Positions 48,248-56,855 of a DNA stretch of 64,000 bases are shown one piece after another. The DNA is taken from the IMG/VR virus record IMGVR_UViG_3300006841_000093, positions 1 to 64,000 of that record. One strand, given 5' to 3'. The DNA comes from a virus. The notes under the pieces were generated by a model. That model did no database searches. It saw only the letters and a list, made by a program, of their open reading frames with translations, and was not told the origin of the DNA. Every line of letters starts with the position of its first letter. Position 1 is the first letter of the stretch. The position numbers and the translations under genes are program-made.

Positions 48248-49126
48248 GTGAGTAGAGTTGTATTAAAAGACAAAAAAGATATGAATGAAATCCATCAATT
48301 TGGTGATCACTTCAAAACGTGGGATGAAGTTACAGATAATGGAATGGAGTGGGAAGATTATAAAATCATGGGCTCACAAGATGAAATTGAACGTGATCTT
48401 GAAACACAAGTATTGAGTGTTAAGTTTTCCAAGATAGGACAAAAAACATTTGATGCATATCCAAATCTAAAATGGATTCAATGTAGAGCACACGGATCGG
48501 ATAATATCAATTTAGAATTAGCTGAAGCTCGTAGAGTGGGAGTTGTTTGTTTAGATCCAGATACAGAAAATGTTGCAAATTGGATTAACCGATGGAAAAG
48601 GGGTAAACGAATTTTATTATTAGGTGCAGGTAAAATTGGTAAGATGTTAGCTCTTGGTTTAGATCATGAAGTAACAGAAGTGACTTCCCAAACTGATTAT
48701 AATACAATTTATCCATACATGGACACGTTTGATACAATAATCGTTGCTTCATCACCTACATCTCAACCAATCGTAGATCACGCATTGTTAGAAAAATTTA
48801 ATGGAAGTATTATTTCTATATCAAGACCGGCGTGTATAGATAATGAGGCATTACTTGAAGCGGCGAAGGATGGTAGAATAACACATGCTCAAATGGATAT
48901 GTTAGATCCTAAAGGAAGAGAAGAATTAATAGAAACAGGAAAAGTAAAGTATCATAAACACACTGCATGGGAAGCACAAGGACTAAGCCAATATGATATG
49001 AGATATTTTGCTATGGTGTTTCAAGAAATACAATGGTTATTAGTGGATAAACCAACGTATGAACCGCCCATACGAAATAGTAGAATTGTTTTAGAACGAA
49101 AAGGTAATGCATTGTTTGGAGACTAA
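48248..49126 (+). CDS. D-isomer-specific 2-hydroxyacid dehydrogenase-like protein
   Basis: 'NLKWIQCRAHGSDNI', Rossmann 'LLGAGKIG', 'SISRPACID', 'MDML...HKHTAW'. Confidence 0.75.
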   Translation: MSRVVLKDKKDMNEIHQFGDHFKTWDEVTDNGMEWEDYKIMGSQDEIERDLETQVLSVKFSKIGQKTFDAYPNLKWIQCRAHGSDNINLELAEARRVGVVCLDPDTENVANWINRWKRGKRILLLGAGKIGKMLALGLDHEVTEVTSQTDYNTIYPYMDTFDTIIVASSPTSQPIVDHALLEKFNGSIISISRPACIDNEALLEAAKDGRITHAQMDMLDPKGREELIETGKVKYHKHTAWEAQGLSQYDMRYFAMVFQEIQWLLVDKPTYEPPIRNSRIVLERKGNALFGD

Positions 49127-50051
49127 CGAATTTCCTTATTATCCTACAGATGATGTTTGGAGGAGAGAAGAATTTTCTAAATTTATTCAGTATCAAGGAA
49201 ACTTATTGGATAATAAAATAATAAAACAGACTATGCATGGTCTAGCACTTTCGTGGTCTTATATGCCACACGCCTTTGATGTTAAATGTGGTAATATGAA
49301 TACACCTTTACAAACTTTTCTTAATGACAAAGAAAAGATCAAAAAGAAGATGGAGCAACTTGGTCATGTTGATTCGCCTTCAGGTTTGAGAAAAGCATTA
49401 AAGGTTATGTCAGGCTCACAAGGAGTTAGTAATTTTAGACCTACTGCGGCTCAAGCAATATATGAAAAGTTTTTACCAAATGGTGGAACTACATGGGATA
49501 TGTCTGGAGGTTATGGTGGAAGATTATTGGGAGCAATAAAAACTCAAATAAATTATATTGCTACTGAACCGGCGAAAGAAACGTTTGATGGATTGACTCA
49601 GATCGCAAAGGATTGGGGTCAACAATCAAACCTTTTTGGAATAAAACAACGTTTAGAAATAGTTCAGAGTGGAAGTGAAGATTATGTTCCAGAGGAAGAT
49701 TCATTAGATTTGTGTTTCACTTCACCGCCCTATTTTGATACAGAAAAATATTCTAATGAAGATACTCAAAGTTATAAAAAGTTTCCAAAGAAAGTAGATT
49801 GGTTAGAAGGTTTTTTACGAAAGACAATTCAAAACTGTCACCGAGGCTTAAAGAAAAATCGTTATTTAATTATCAATATAGCTAATGTTAGCTCATTTGA
49901 TACATTAGAAGATGAAACTGGAAATATAGTTTTGTCTGAAGGATTTGAATACTTAGATACATTTCAACTTTCTCTGTCAAAGATGCCAGGAAAGAATATT
50001 GCAAATGATGTATTCAAATATGAACCCGTATTTCTTTTCAGAAAGAAATGA
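49107..50051 (+). CDS. Amino-DNA methyltransferase-like protein (SPPY type), copy 3
   Basis: 'DMSGGYGGRLLG', 'CFTSPPYFDTEKYS'. Confidence 0.85.
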   Translation: MHCLETNEFPYYPTDDVWRREEFSKFIQYQGNLLDNKIIKQTMHGLALSWSYMPHAFDVKCGNMNTPLQTFLNDKEKIKKKMEQLGHVDSPSGLRKALKVMSGSQGVSNFRPTAAQAIYEKFLPNGGTTWDMSGGYGGRLLGAIKTQINYIATEPAKETFDGLTQIAKDWGQQSNLFGIKQRLEIVQSGSEDYVPEEDSLDLCFTSPPYFDTEKYSNEDTQSYKKFPKKVDWLEGFLRKTIQNCHRGLKKNRYLIINIANVSSFDTLEDETGNIVLSEGFEYLDTFQLSLSKMPGKNIANDVFKYEPVFLFRKK

Positions 50052-50069
50052 AATTCGGATATAGTACAC

Positions 50070-50097
50070 TTGACAAATTAAAAAGTCATGATATACT
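50070..50097 (+). promoter_or_regulatory. Sigma70-like promoter (TTGACA-N16-TATACT)
   Basis: TTGACA at 50070, TATACT at 50092. Confidence 0.7.
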
Positions 50098-50194
50098 ATA
50101 TAATAGTAGATAACAATATGGTTTTGTTATCAAGTAAGTTGTTATACCTTAAACGTGGTGGACGCAACTCTAAATAACTTTTTTGGAGATAGTA

Positions 50195-51229
50195 ATGGAA
50201 AATTACACAAATGGCAGTAGACTGCTACAAAATAAGACTGTACCTATTACAGTTATAGCTGAAAGATTAAATCTCTCACCTAAAAGAAAATCGTTCAATA
50301 AAAACGATTACCTACCAATAACTTACCTCAAAGCAAGTCAACTTAAAGTAGCCACAGATATTCAGAGAATAGTCATAATCTCGATGATTAAAGGGGCTAA
50401 AGTTTTTAATGGTAAATTAGCAAGACCTTTATATGTCTTTAAAAGACCAAATGGTGATTATGTTGTAACAGATGGACAACATACTGCAATTATTGCAATT
50501 TTGTATACTGAGGAACGTGGTGATGTTATATTGCCTTGTCAAATAGATATACATCCCTCACATTATACCATTGAAGAATGTGAAGCGGCGGAAGCCCAAA
50601 AGTTTAGGGAGTTAAACAGTAAACGTAGACAAGCTGGTAAAGTAGATAGACTTAGGGCAGATATTGCAGAAGGACTTGAAGAGGCCTTACAGACTTTATC
50701 AGACCTAGTAGATATGGGTGTCCATGTTGAAAGACTTGGAAACGAAGATGGGCCTGAAGTTCATGGTTATTCTAAGTTAATGGAGGCACATAAAGCCTAT
50801 GGACTTAAAAGTGTTTGTTTAGCAATCGAACTATATCAAAAACTTCAAAACGATTCCAAATTTAGGAAGTGGAATAATATTGAAAAACCCCTTAATGGTG
50901 GTTTAATTGGTGGACTGGCAGCAGTTTACTATTTTATCAGAGAATATCTTGGAGAAGGTGATAAAAGGTTCGCTCTTGAAACTTTTTTAGATGATTATCT
51001 GGGTAAATTCAAACCAAAAGATTTGTTAGAGGGTACAGCAGGTGTTTCACAAGCTGTTCTTATTGCCCGAAAAATTATTATTAGTTGCAATACCCAAATA
51101 GATCTAGAACATATAACAAAGAAAAATGGTAATGTTCTAGAAGTAAATATTGGAGAAGAACTTTTGTCTCAAGCTGGATTGGGTGATCCTAGTAAAATGA
51201 AAAGGGAATTGACCAACTCCAGAACCTGA
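50195..51229 (+). CDS. ParB-like/DGQH-motif domain protein
   Basis: 'DIQR...PLYVFKRPNGDYVVTDGQHT'; ATG at 50195 with GGAG RBS. Confidence 0.65.
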   Translation: MENYTNGSRLLQNKTVPITVIAERLNLSPKRKSFNKNDYLPITYLKASQLKVATDIQRIVIISMIKGAKVFNGKLARPLYVFKRPNGDYVVTDGQHTAIIAILYTEERGDVILPCQIDIHPSHYTIEECEAAEAQKFRELNSKRRQAGKVDRLRADIAEGLEEALQTLSDLVDMGVHVERLGNEDGPEVHGYSKLMEAHKAYGLKSVCLAIELYQKLQNDSKFRKWNNIEKPLNGGLIGGLAAVYYFIREYLGEGDKRFALETFLDDYLGKFKPKDLLEGTAGVSQAVLIARKIIISCNTQIDLEHITKKNGNVLEVNIGEELLSQAGLGDPSKMKRELTNSRT

Positions 51230-51238
51230 AAATATTAA

Positions 51239-52675
51239 ATGTGTGGATTCGTAGCTGGAAATATTTTTAAAGATACAAAACACTTTCATGCCGCGTTGAG
51301 TCTTATTGATCATCGCGGTAGAGATTATAAAGGTGTTAATTATTGTATTAAAACAAATACTTACTTAGGTCATAATAGACTTTCTATTCAGGGGTTGACT
51401 GAGGAATCTAATCAACCTATGATTAAAGATAATTATACATTAGTTTATAATGGTGAATTATGGCACAGTATGAATCCACATAAAGAAAAATTCAATTTAC
51501 AGACTAGTAGTGATACAGAGTTGTTACTCAATATGTTTCACTTAGACCAACAAGATTGTATCAAAACACTTGATGGTATGTTTGGGTTTGCGGTCTTGGA
51601 TAATAAAAGAAATTACTTGACCTTTGCTAGAGATTTTATGGGTAGAATTCCCTTGTACTTTTTCAAGAGAGGTAAAGAAATTATCGTAGCAAGTGAACTA
51701 AAAGCAATTACAAACTCATTGAACATTAATGCTTCTGATGTAGTATTAGCAGATCCAGGTTGTTACTATCAATTTGATTATGTAACAGGAGAATTGACAA
51801 AGAGAACATATTATGAATTTCCTGCAATGGATGATATTGAAGATATGTCAGAAGAAGAAGTGATGGATGGTATACGTAATTTATTAACTGAAGGTGTACA
51901 TAATGAGTTAATAAGTGATGTACCTGTTTGTACAATTTTGTCAGGCGGAGTAGATTCTACTGTCGTTACATATCTACTCAAACAAAAAATTCCAGATCTA
52001 CAAGCATTTGTAGTGAGTATGGGTGATACTGGAAAGAAAGATGATTTGTACTATGCAAGAATGGCGGCTAAAGAAATTGGTGTTCCACTCCATGAAGTTA
52101 TTATTGATGAGGAGTGGGTAGAACAAAATTTAACTGAAGCAGTCTATGCAGTCGAAGATTTTAGTTGGACACAAGTTTCTCCGGCGGTTGCTCAATTAGC
52201 ACTTTCCAAAAGAATTCATGATGAAGGGTTTAAGGTCGTCTTTGGTGGAGAAGGTAGTGATGAATTGTTTGCTTCCTATGGACATGTATTTGCGTGGAAC
52301 TATGAAGATAAAGATTACATCAAAGAACGATATAAGCTGGTAGTAAATCTCCACAAAAACAATTTAATACGAACCAACAAAGCAATGATGTATGGTGGAA
52401 CAGTAGAATTAAGAACACCATTTCTTCACAAAGATTTGGTCGAATTTTGTTTGAGAATTCCCCCGAAGTATAAGCAAACAGCCGATAGAGTGTGGAAACC
52501 AATGTTAAGAAAAGCTTTTTCTGGCAAACTTTCAGATGAATTATTATTCAGACCAAAAAAGACTTTTCAAGATGGTTGTCACACTATCTACCTCAAGAAT
52601 CATAAGGAAAGAATTAAAGAAACGTATTTGACGCATTATGGTCAAAAAAATCCATTAGAGAGTTTTTTCGGATGA
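51239..52675 (+). CDS. asnB: Asparagine synthetase B-like glutamine amidotransferase
   Basis: N-terminal Cys 'MCGF', 'HRGRD', 'HNRLSI', 'YNGEL', 'LSGGVDS', 'GEGSDELF', 'ELRTPFL'; C-terminal NPLESFFG. Confidence 0.9.
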   Translation: MCGFVAGNIFKDTKHFHAALSLIDHRGRDYKGVNYCIKTNTYLGHNRLSIQGLTEESNQPMIKDNYTLVYNGELWHSMNPHKEKFNLQTSSDTELLLNMFHLDQQDCIKTLDGMFGFAVLDNKRNYLTFARDFMGRIPLYFFKRGKEIIVASELKAITNSLNINASDVVLADPGCYYQFDYVTGELTKRTYYEFPAMDDIEDMSEEEVMDGIRNLLTEGVHNELISDVPVCTILSGGVDSTVVTYLLKQKIPDLQAFVVSMGDTGKKDDLYYARMAAKEIGVPLHEVIIDEEWVEQNLTEAVYAVEDFSWTQVSPAVAQLALSKRIHDEGFKVVFGGEGSDELFASYGHVFAWNYEDKDYIKERYKLVVNLHKNNLIRTNKAMMYGGTVELRTPFLHKDLVEFCLRIPPKYKQTADRVWKPMLRKAFSGKLSDELLFRPKKTFQDGCHTIYLKNHKERIKETYLTHYGQKNPLESFFG

Positions 52676-53772
52676 AATTATATAATGAAGATTGCATGAA
52701 ACAAATGCAAGAGATGATTGATGATGGAATTCAAGTTGATTCTGTTGTTACAGATCCCCCATACGGTATTCATTTTATGGGTAAGGATTGGGATAAATTT
52801 AAAGGTACTAAAGTTACCAAGAGTCAAGTAGTTACAAATTTGGGAGCAGGAATGAGAATGACTACTCACAAAGAAAATATGGATTTTCAGAAATGGTGTA
52901 ACGAATGGGCAATTTTGTGTTTAGAGTTATTAAAGCCAGGTGGTTATATTTTAGCATTTAGTTCTTCAAGGACTTATCATCATTTGGCTTGTGGTATTGA
53001 ATCAGCAGGATTTGAAGTACGAGATCAACTTATGTGGTTGTATGGTTCAGGATTTCCAAAGAGTATGAATATCGGAAAAGGTTGGGGAACTGCACTCAAA
53101 CCAGCACACGAACCTGTTGTTATGGCGAGGAAACCAGTTGAAGGAACTGTCGCAGATAATGTTTTGAAACATGGAACAGGTGGTATCAATATTGATGATT
53201 GTAGAATAGATTTATCTGAAGGTGATGATCCAAGATTGGGCGGTAAAGGAACTTGGAAAACTGATAAGATGGCAAAAGATGTTTATGTTGGTGGATATGC
53301 AGGAGAAGATCAAGGATCAAGTGAGTTGGGTAGATTTCCAGCAAATGTGATGCACGATGGTTTAGAACAAGAGTGGGCACGATTCTTCTATTGTCCAAAA
53401 GTTTCTAGAAATGAAAGGAACGGGGGATTGGAAAATATGGAAGAAAAGATACACAATACAGAAGATTGTACTAATTTACCATCTATAAGAACTAATAGTG
53501 TAAATACTTCTAGTGGGAAACAAAGAACAGTCAATCCTACCAAAAATAATCATCCAACAGTCAAACCGATTGAGTTGATGAAATACCTTTGTCGCCTTGT
53601 AACTCCAAAAGGTGGAATTGTTCTTGATCCATTTATGGGTTCAGGTTCTACTGGAATGGCTGCGAAGGATGAAGGATTTGATTTTGTGGGAATTGAACGG
53701 GAGAAGGAATATTTTGAGATTGCAGAAGCACGTATCAATGCTTCTTCACCTTTATTGGATTTTTTTGAATAA
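52672..53772 (+). CDS. DNA methyltransferase, N4/N6 beta class
   Basis: 'VTDPPY' before 'HPTVKP' and 'VLDPFMGSGST'; C-terminal SPLLDFFE. Confidence 0.92.
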   Translation: MKLYNEDCMKQMQEMIDDGIQVDSVVTDPPYGIHFMGKDWDKFKGTKVTKSQVVTNLGAGMRMTTHKENMDFQKWCNEWAILCLELLKPGGYILAFSSSRTYHHLACGIESAGFEVRDQLMWLYGSGFPKSMNIGKGWGTALKPAHEPVVMARKPVEGTVADNVLKHGTGGINIDDCRIDLSEGDDPRLGGKGTWKTDKMAKDVYVGGYAGEDQGSSELGRFPANVMHDGLEQEWARFFYCPKVSRNERNGGLENMEEKIHNTEDCTNLPSIRTNSVNTSSGKQRTVNPTKNNHPTVKPIELMKYLCRLVTPKGGIVLDPFMGSGSTGMAAKDEGFDFVGIEREKEYFEIAEARINASSPLLDFFE

Positions 53773-53822
53773 ACACTTGACTTTTTCATCAAAACCGTGG
53801 TATAATATAACTGAACAATGAG
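53767..53822 (+). promoter_or_regulatory. Early promoter cassette copy 4 (TTGACT-N18-TATAAT ... AACAATGAG)
   Basis: Near-identical to the copy at 40328. Confidence 0.85.
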
Positions 53823-53833
53823 TAATAACCTTA

Positions 53834-54103
53834 ATGAGAGAGAATATGTTTGAGTTCAGAGCGGGTAGAAAACGAGTCGTAAAAACAGTTGAAACTGTAG
53901 ATGAAGCTAACAAATTGATGAGAGCAATGATTGCGATTCGCAATAACGATTCCCTTTGGGAAAATATTAATGTGAAAACTGGACATCTCCGTGCAGTTGA
54001 TGAATTGGAAAAGTTAGTCGGCACTATCTTTGATGTGTTTGATACTATGTCCATTTATGTAAATGGTAAATCTGTAAGGAAAATTTGGGCGAGGGGTTTC
54101 TAA
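53834..54103 (+). CDS. Hypothetical protein
   Basis: First ORF after the early promoter. Confidence 0.6.
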   Translation: MRENMFEFRAGRKRVVKTVETVDEANKLMRAMIAIRNNDSLWENINVKTGHLRAVDELEKLVGTIFDVFDTMSIYVNGKSVRKIWARGF

Positions 54104-54654
54104 TGAGAGACTTTAGTATTGTAGAAACTGCTTCTAGGGCAGAAATGAAAGAAATTTTATTTTATGTTTTGAAGTGGTTTAAGAAAAAAACACTTGGTAA
54201 TCCATTTAATTATAATCGAGCATTTGAGTGGTTACAGGCTGAAATTCTTGGTTTTGAATTAGAGAAAGTAGGTGGTGGTTCTGATGGAAAAGATAAAGAT
54301 GGTGTAACAGCGGAGTTTAAAGCTTCTGCTTGGAAAGGTCTTGGCGCGAAGGGTCAAGAATTGACAAACTCTTTTACATACAATGGAACAAGTCGATATG
54401 AAGATTGGAATGAACAAGAAGATTATTGTCTGAAAAAGATTTTTCGTGATCCTTTTCATTTTTGGTCTATCATCAATTATGAGGAAGGGAAATTCGTAAA
54501 AACATTTAAAGTTCCTGCAGAAACAGTTTGTAATTTACTTATGCCTAAATGGACAAATAGTTGGAAAAATCCTAGTAAAAAAGATCCGAGAATAGGTGGT
54601 TCAGTTTCAACTAAAGATTTAGCAGGAGAAAATTTTGAAATCATCAATCACTAA
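54103..54654 (+). CDS. Putative PD-(D/E)xK restriction-like endonuclease
   Basis: 'RAFE...GGSDG...AEFKAS' arrangement; adjacent to a DNA MTase. Confidence 0.5.
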   Translation: MRDFSIVETASRAEMKEILFYVLKWFKKKTLGNPFNYNRAFEWLQAEILGFELEKVGGGSDGKDKDGVTAEFKASAWKGLGAKGQELTNSFTYNGTSRYEDWNEQEDYCLKKIFRDPFHFWSIINYEEGKFVKTFKVPAETVCNLLMPKWTNSWKNPSKKDPRIGGSVSTKDLAGENFEIINH

Positions 54655-55363
54655 ACAAACAGATTTAGAATTACTTTCTACGATTAAAAATAATTCTGTT
54701 GATCTGGTTCTTACAGATCCACCGTATATTATCTCTAGAAAATCTGGGATGCAATCCTATAAAAATAGTTTAGAGAAGGGTGGAAAGGTAGATGAAAAAT
54801 TTGGAAAGAAATATGCTATAACTACTGAATTTGGTGAGTGGGATAATTCTTACACTATAGATGATTTAGAAAAAGCGATAAATGAATTTTATAGAATACT
54901 AAAATCTGGTGGTTCATGTATTATATTTTTTGATATATGGAAAATAGAAACTCTGTCAAAGTTGTTAAGTAAATTTTCCAAACATAGATTTATTGAATGG
55001 GTTAAATCAAATCCAATGCCAGTCAATCAATATGCAACATATCTATCAAATGCAAGAGAGATAGCTATTAGTTGTGTAAAAGGTGGTAAGGCAACATTTA
55101 ACAGTAAATATGATAATGGAATTTATGATTATCCAATATATGGCGGAAAAGATAGATTTCATCCTACTCAAAAATCTTTACCGATGTTTGAGGAATTAAT
55201 TAAAAAACATTCTAATGAAGGAGATACAGTAGTTGATCCTTATGCCGGAAGTGGTACTACTGCGGTAGCCGCTATAAACACAAATAGAAATTATTTGTGC
55301 TGTGAACCCTCTGATGAATATTTTGAGAAGGGGAAAAAAAGATGTGAAGATGCAAAAGCATAA
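54635..55363 (+). CDS. DNA methyltransferase, N4/N6 beta class
   Basis: 'VLTDPPY', 'FHPTQKS', 'VVDPYAGSGTT'. Confidence 0.92.
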   Translation: MKSSITKQTDLELLSTIKNNSVDLVLTDPPYIISRKSGMQSYKNSLEKGGKVDEKFGKKYAITTEFGEWDNSYTIDDLEKAINEFYRILKSGGSCIIFFDIWKIETLSKLLSKFSKHRFIEWVKSNPMPVNQYATYLSNAREIAISCVKGGKATFNSKYDNGIYDYPIYGGKDRFHPTQKSLPMFEELIKKHSNEGDTVVDPYAGSGTTAVAAINTNRNYLCCEPSDEYFEKGKKRCEDAKA

Positions 55364-55371
55364 ATAATTTT

Positions 55372-56472
55372 ATGGAATTACAGCAGTTTAAAGAAGTTAG
55401 TCAATTATTCATGGATTATGATGGAGAAGTTCAGATTAATCCATTTGCAAAGGTTCATTGGGGTACTGTTCAAGAGAATCACCTCAATGGAAAACTGTTT
55501 GTTGACAATGATAAAAACTATGGTATAATAGGTAGTGAGGCTAAAACAAGTAGAGAAGTAAAAGATTTTTCTAATCAAGTTGTTGGTCAAATTAAAGTAG
55601 GAGATATCTGTATCAAGAGATTTTTCTACAAAGAAGGATATAGAGAAAATGTAGTAAATCATATTTCGAAAATGAGAGAATCAACATTCGGAGATCGTGA
55701 TTTATGGTTTACTCATATTAATATGGAACATGAAGGAGATAAAGCGGTTGCTAAAGAATTTAATGCAACTTGGTTATCTTCAAGAATAGACGCGGTAGCA
55801 GCAGAAGTTAGAGGAGTATATTATTCTGGAGAACAAAAACAAATAGGATTAGGAAAACATGAAAATATTCCTTGTTGTAGATTAGATTATCCATATATTG
55901 AAGGATTAGATGAATTTTCAGAAGAATTAGATGAATACGTGAAAGATGGATGGGGAATAGCAGATCATCAAAAATCTTATGGTGGTAAAGATAAAACGTG
56001 GACATCTATCGAAATAATACCATTAATAGTTACTTATGGTACTAAAAAAGCAAAACAAGGTCTTAGGGGCGATTTAAACGAAGAATATATTAAGAGATTT
56101 CCTATTATTGAGAATATTATCAATCAGATAACCACTTTTGATGACTGTTTGTGGTTAGCAGTTGCTAAAGTATCTCCAAAAGGTGGTAATATATCAAGAC
56201 ATAGTGATAAAGGTATCGACAAAATGAATGCCGGAATACAGATTGGTAAAACGGCAAGAATACATTATGTGATGAAATCTAATCCTGAAACATATTTTCA
56301 ATTACAAGACCTTCAGGGAAAGACTCATAAATATTCTATGAAACAAGGTGAATATTGGTATATGGATAAGAGAAAACCCCACTCCGTATACAATAAAGGT
56401 GATACATTTAGGTATCACATGATTTTTGATATGAAAGTAACACAAGATTTATGGGACCATTTGATTTTATAA
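55372..56472 (+). CDS. Aspartyl/asparaginyl beta-hydroxylase-like 2OG oxygenase with an extra N-terminal domain
   Basis: C-terminal 'ISRHSD...RIHY...KPHSVYN...RYHMIFD' (HxD...H...R). Confidence 0.75.
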   Translation: MELQQFKEVSQLFMDYDGEVQINPFAKVHWGTVQENHLNGKLFVDNDKNYGIIGSEAKTSREVKDFSNQVVGQIKVGDICIKRFFYKEGYRENVVNHISKMRESTFGDRDLWFTHINMEHEGDKAVAKEFNATWLSSRIDAVAAEVRGVYYSGEQKQIGLGKHENIPCCRLDYPYIEGLDEFSEELDEYVKDGWGIADHQKSYGGKDKTWTSIEIIPLIVTYGTKKAKQGLRGDLNEEYIKRFPIIENIINQITTFDDCLWLAVAKVSPKGGNISRHSDKGIDKMNAGIQIGKTARIHYVMKSNPETYFQLQDLQGKTHKYSMKQGEYWYMDKRKPHSVYNKGDTFRYHMIFDMKVTQDLWDHLIL

Positions 56473-56855
56473 AAGCAATCAATACACATAAAAATATCAT
56501 GAAAGATGGTGATCCATTGGCTGAAAAGGATTATGTACCTTTTCTTGTTAATCGTGGTTTATCGTTTTTTCAAGATACTGTTATACAAGTCAATGAAATG
56601 AATAGGTTACATTTTATTGACCACAAGCTCCAATTCGATTATTTGCTAAATAACATTAGACCAAGAAAGAGATGGTCTAAGTGGTTGAAACCAGACAAAA
56701 TTGATAATCTAGAACTAGTCAAAGAGTATTTTGGTTTCGGTAATGAAAAAGCAAAGGATGCTCTTGAAATCCTTTCTAGTGAGGATATCGAAGAGATTAA
56801 GAGAAAACTTGCAAAAGGTGGAATGGAGAAAAATAATGACAGTAAACATAGATGA
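56451..56855 (+). CDS. gp62: Clamp loader small subunit
   Basis: 'FDFIKAIN...YVPFLVNRGLSFFQDT...NEMN...IRPRKRWSKW...VKEYFG'. Confidence 0.93.
   Translation: MGPFDFIKAINTHKNIMKDGDPLAEKDYVPFLVNRGLSFFQDTVIQVNEMNRLHFIDHKLQFDYLLNNIRPRKRWSKWLKPDKIDNLELVKEYFGFGNEKAKDALEILSSEDIEEIKRKLAKGGMEKNNDSKHR

Noticed and set aside
45789-56472. Known 7-deazaguanine, hydroxymethylcytosine or 2-aminoadenine pathways as the explanation for the island
   Set aside because: No DpdA/QueC/QueD/QueE/FolE, dCMP hydroxymethylase or PurZ motifs are recognisable in this window; they could exist elsewhere in the genome
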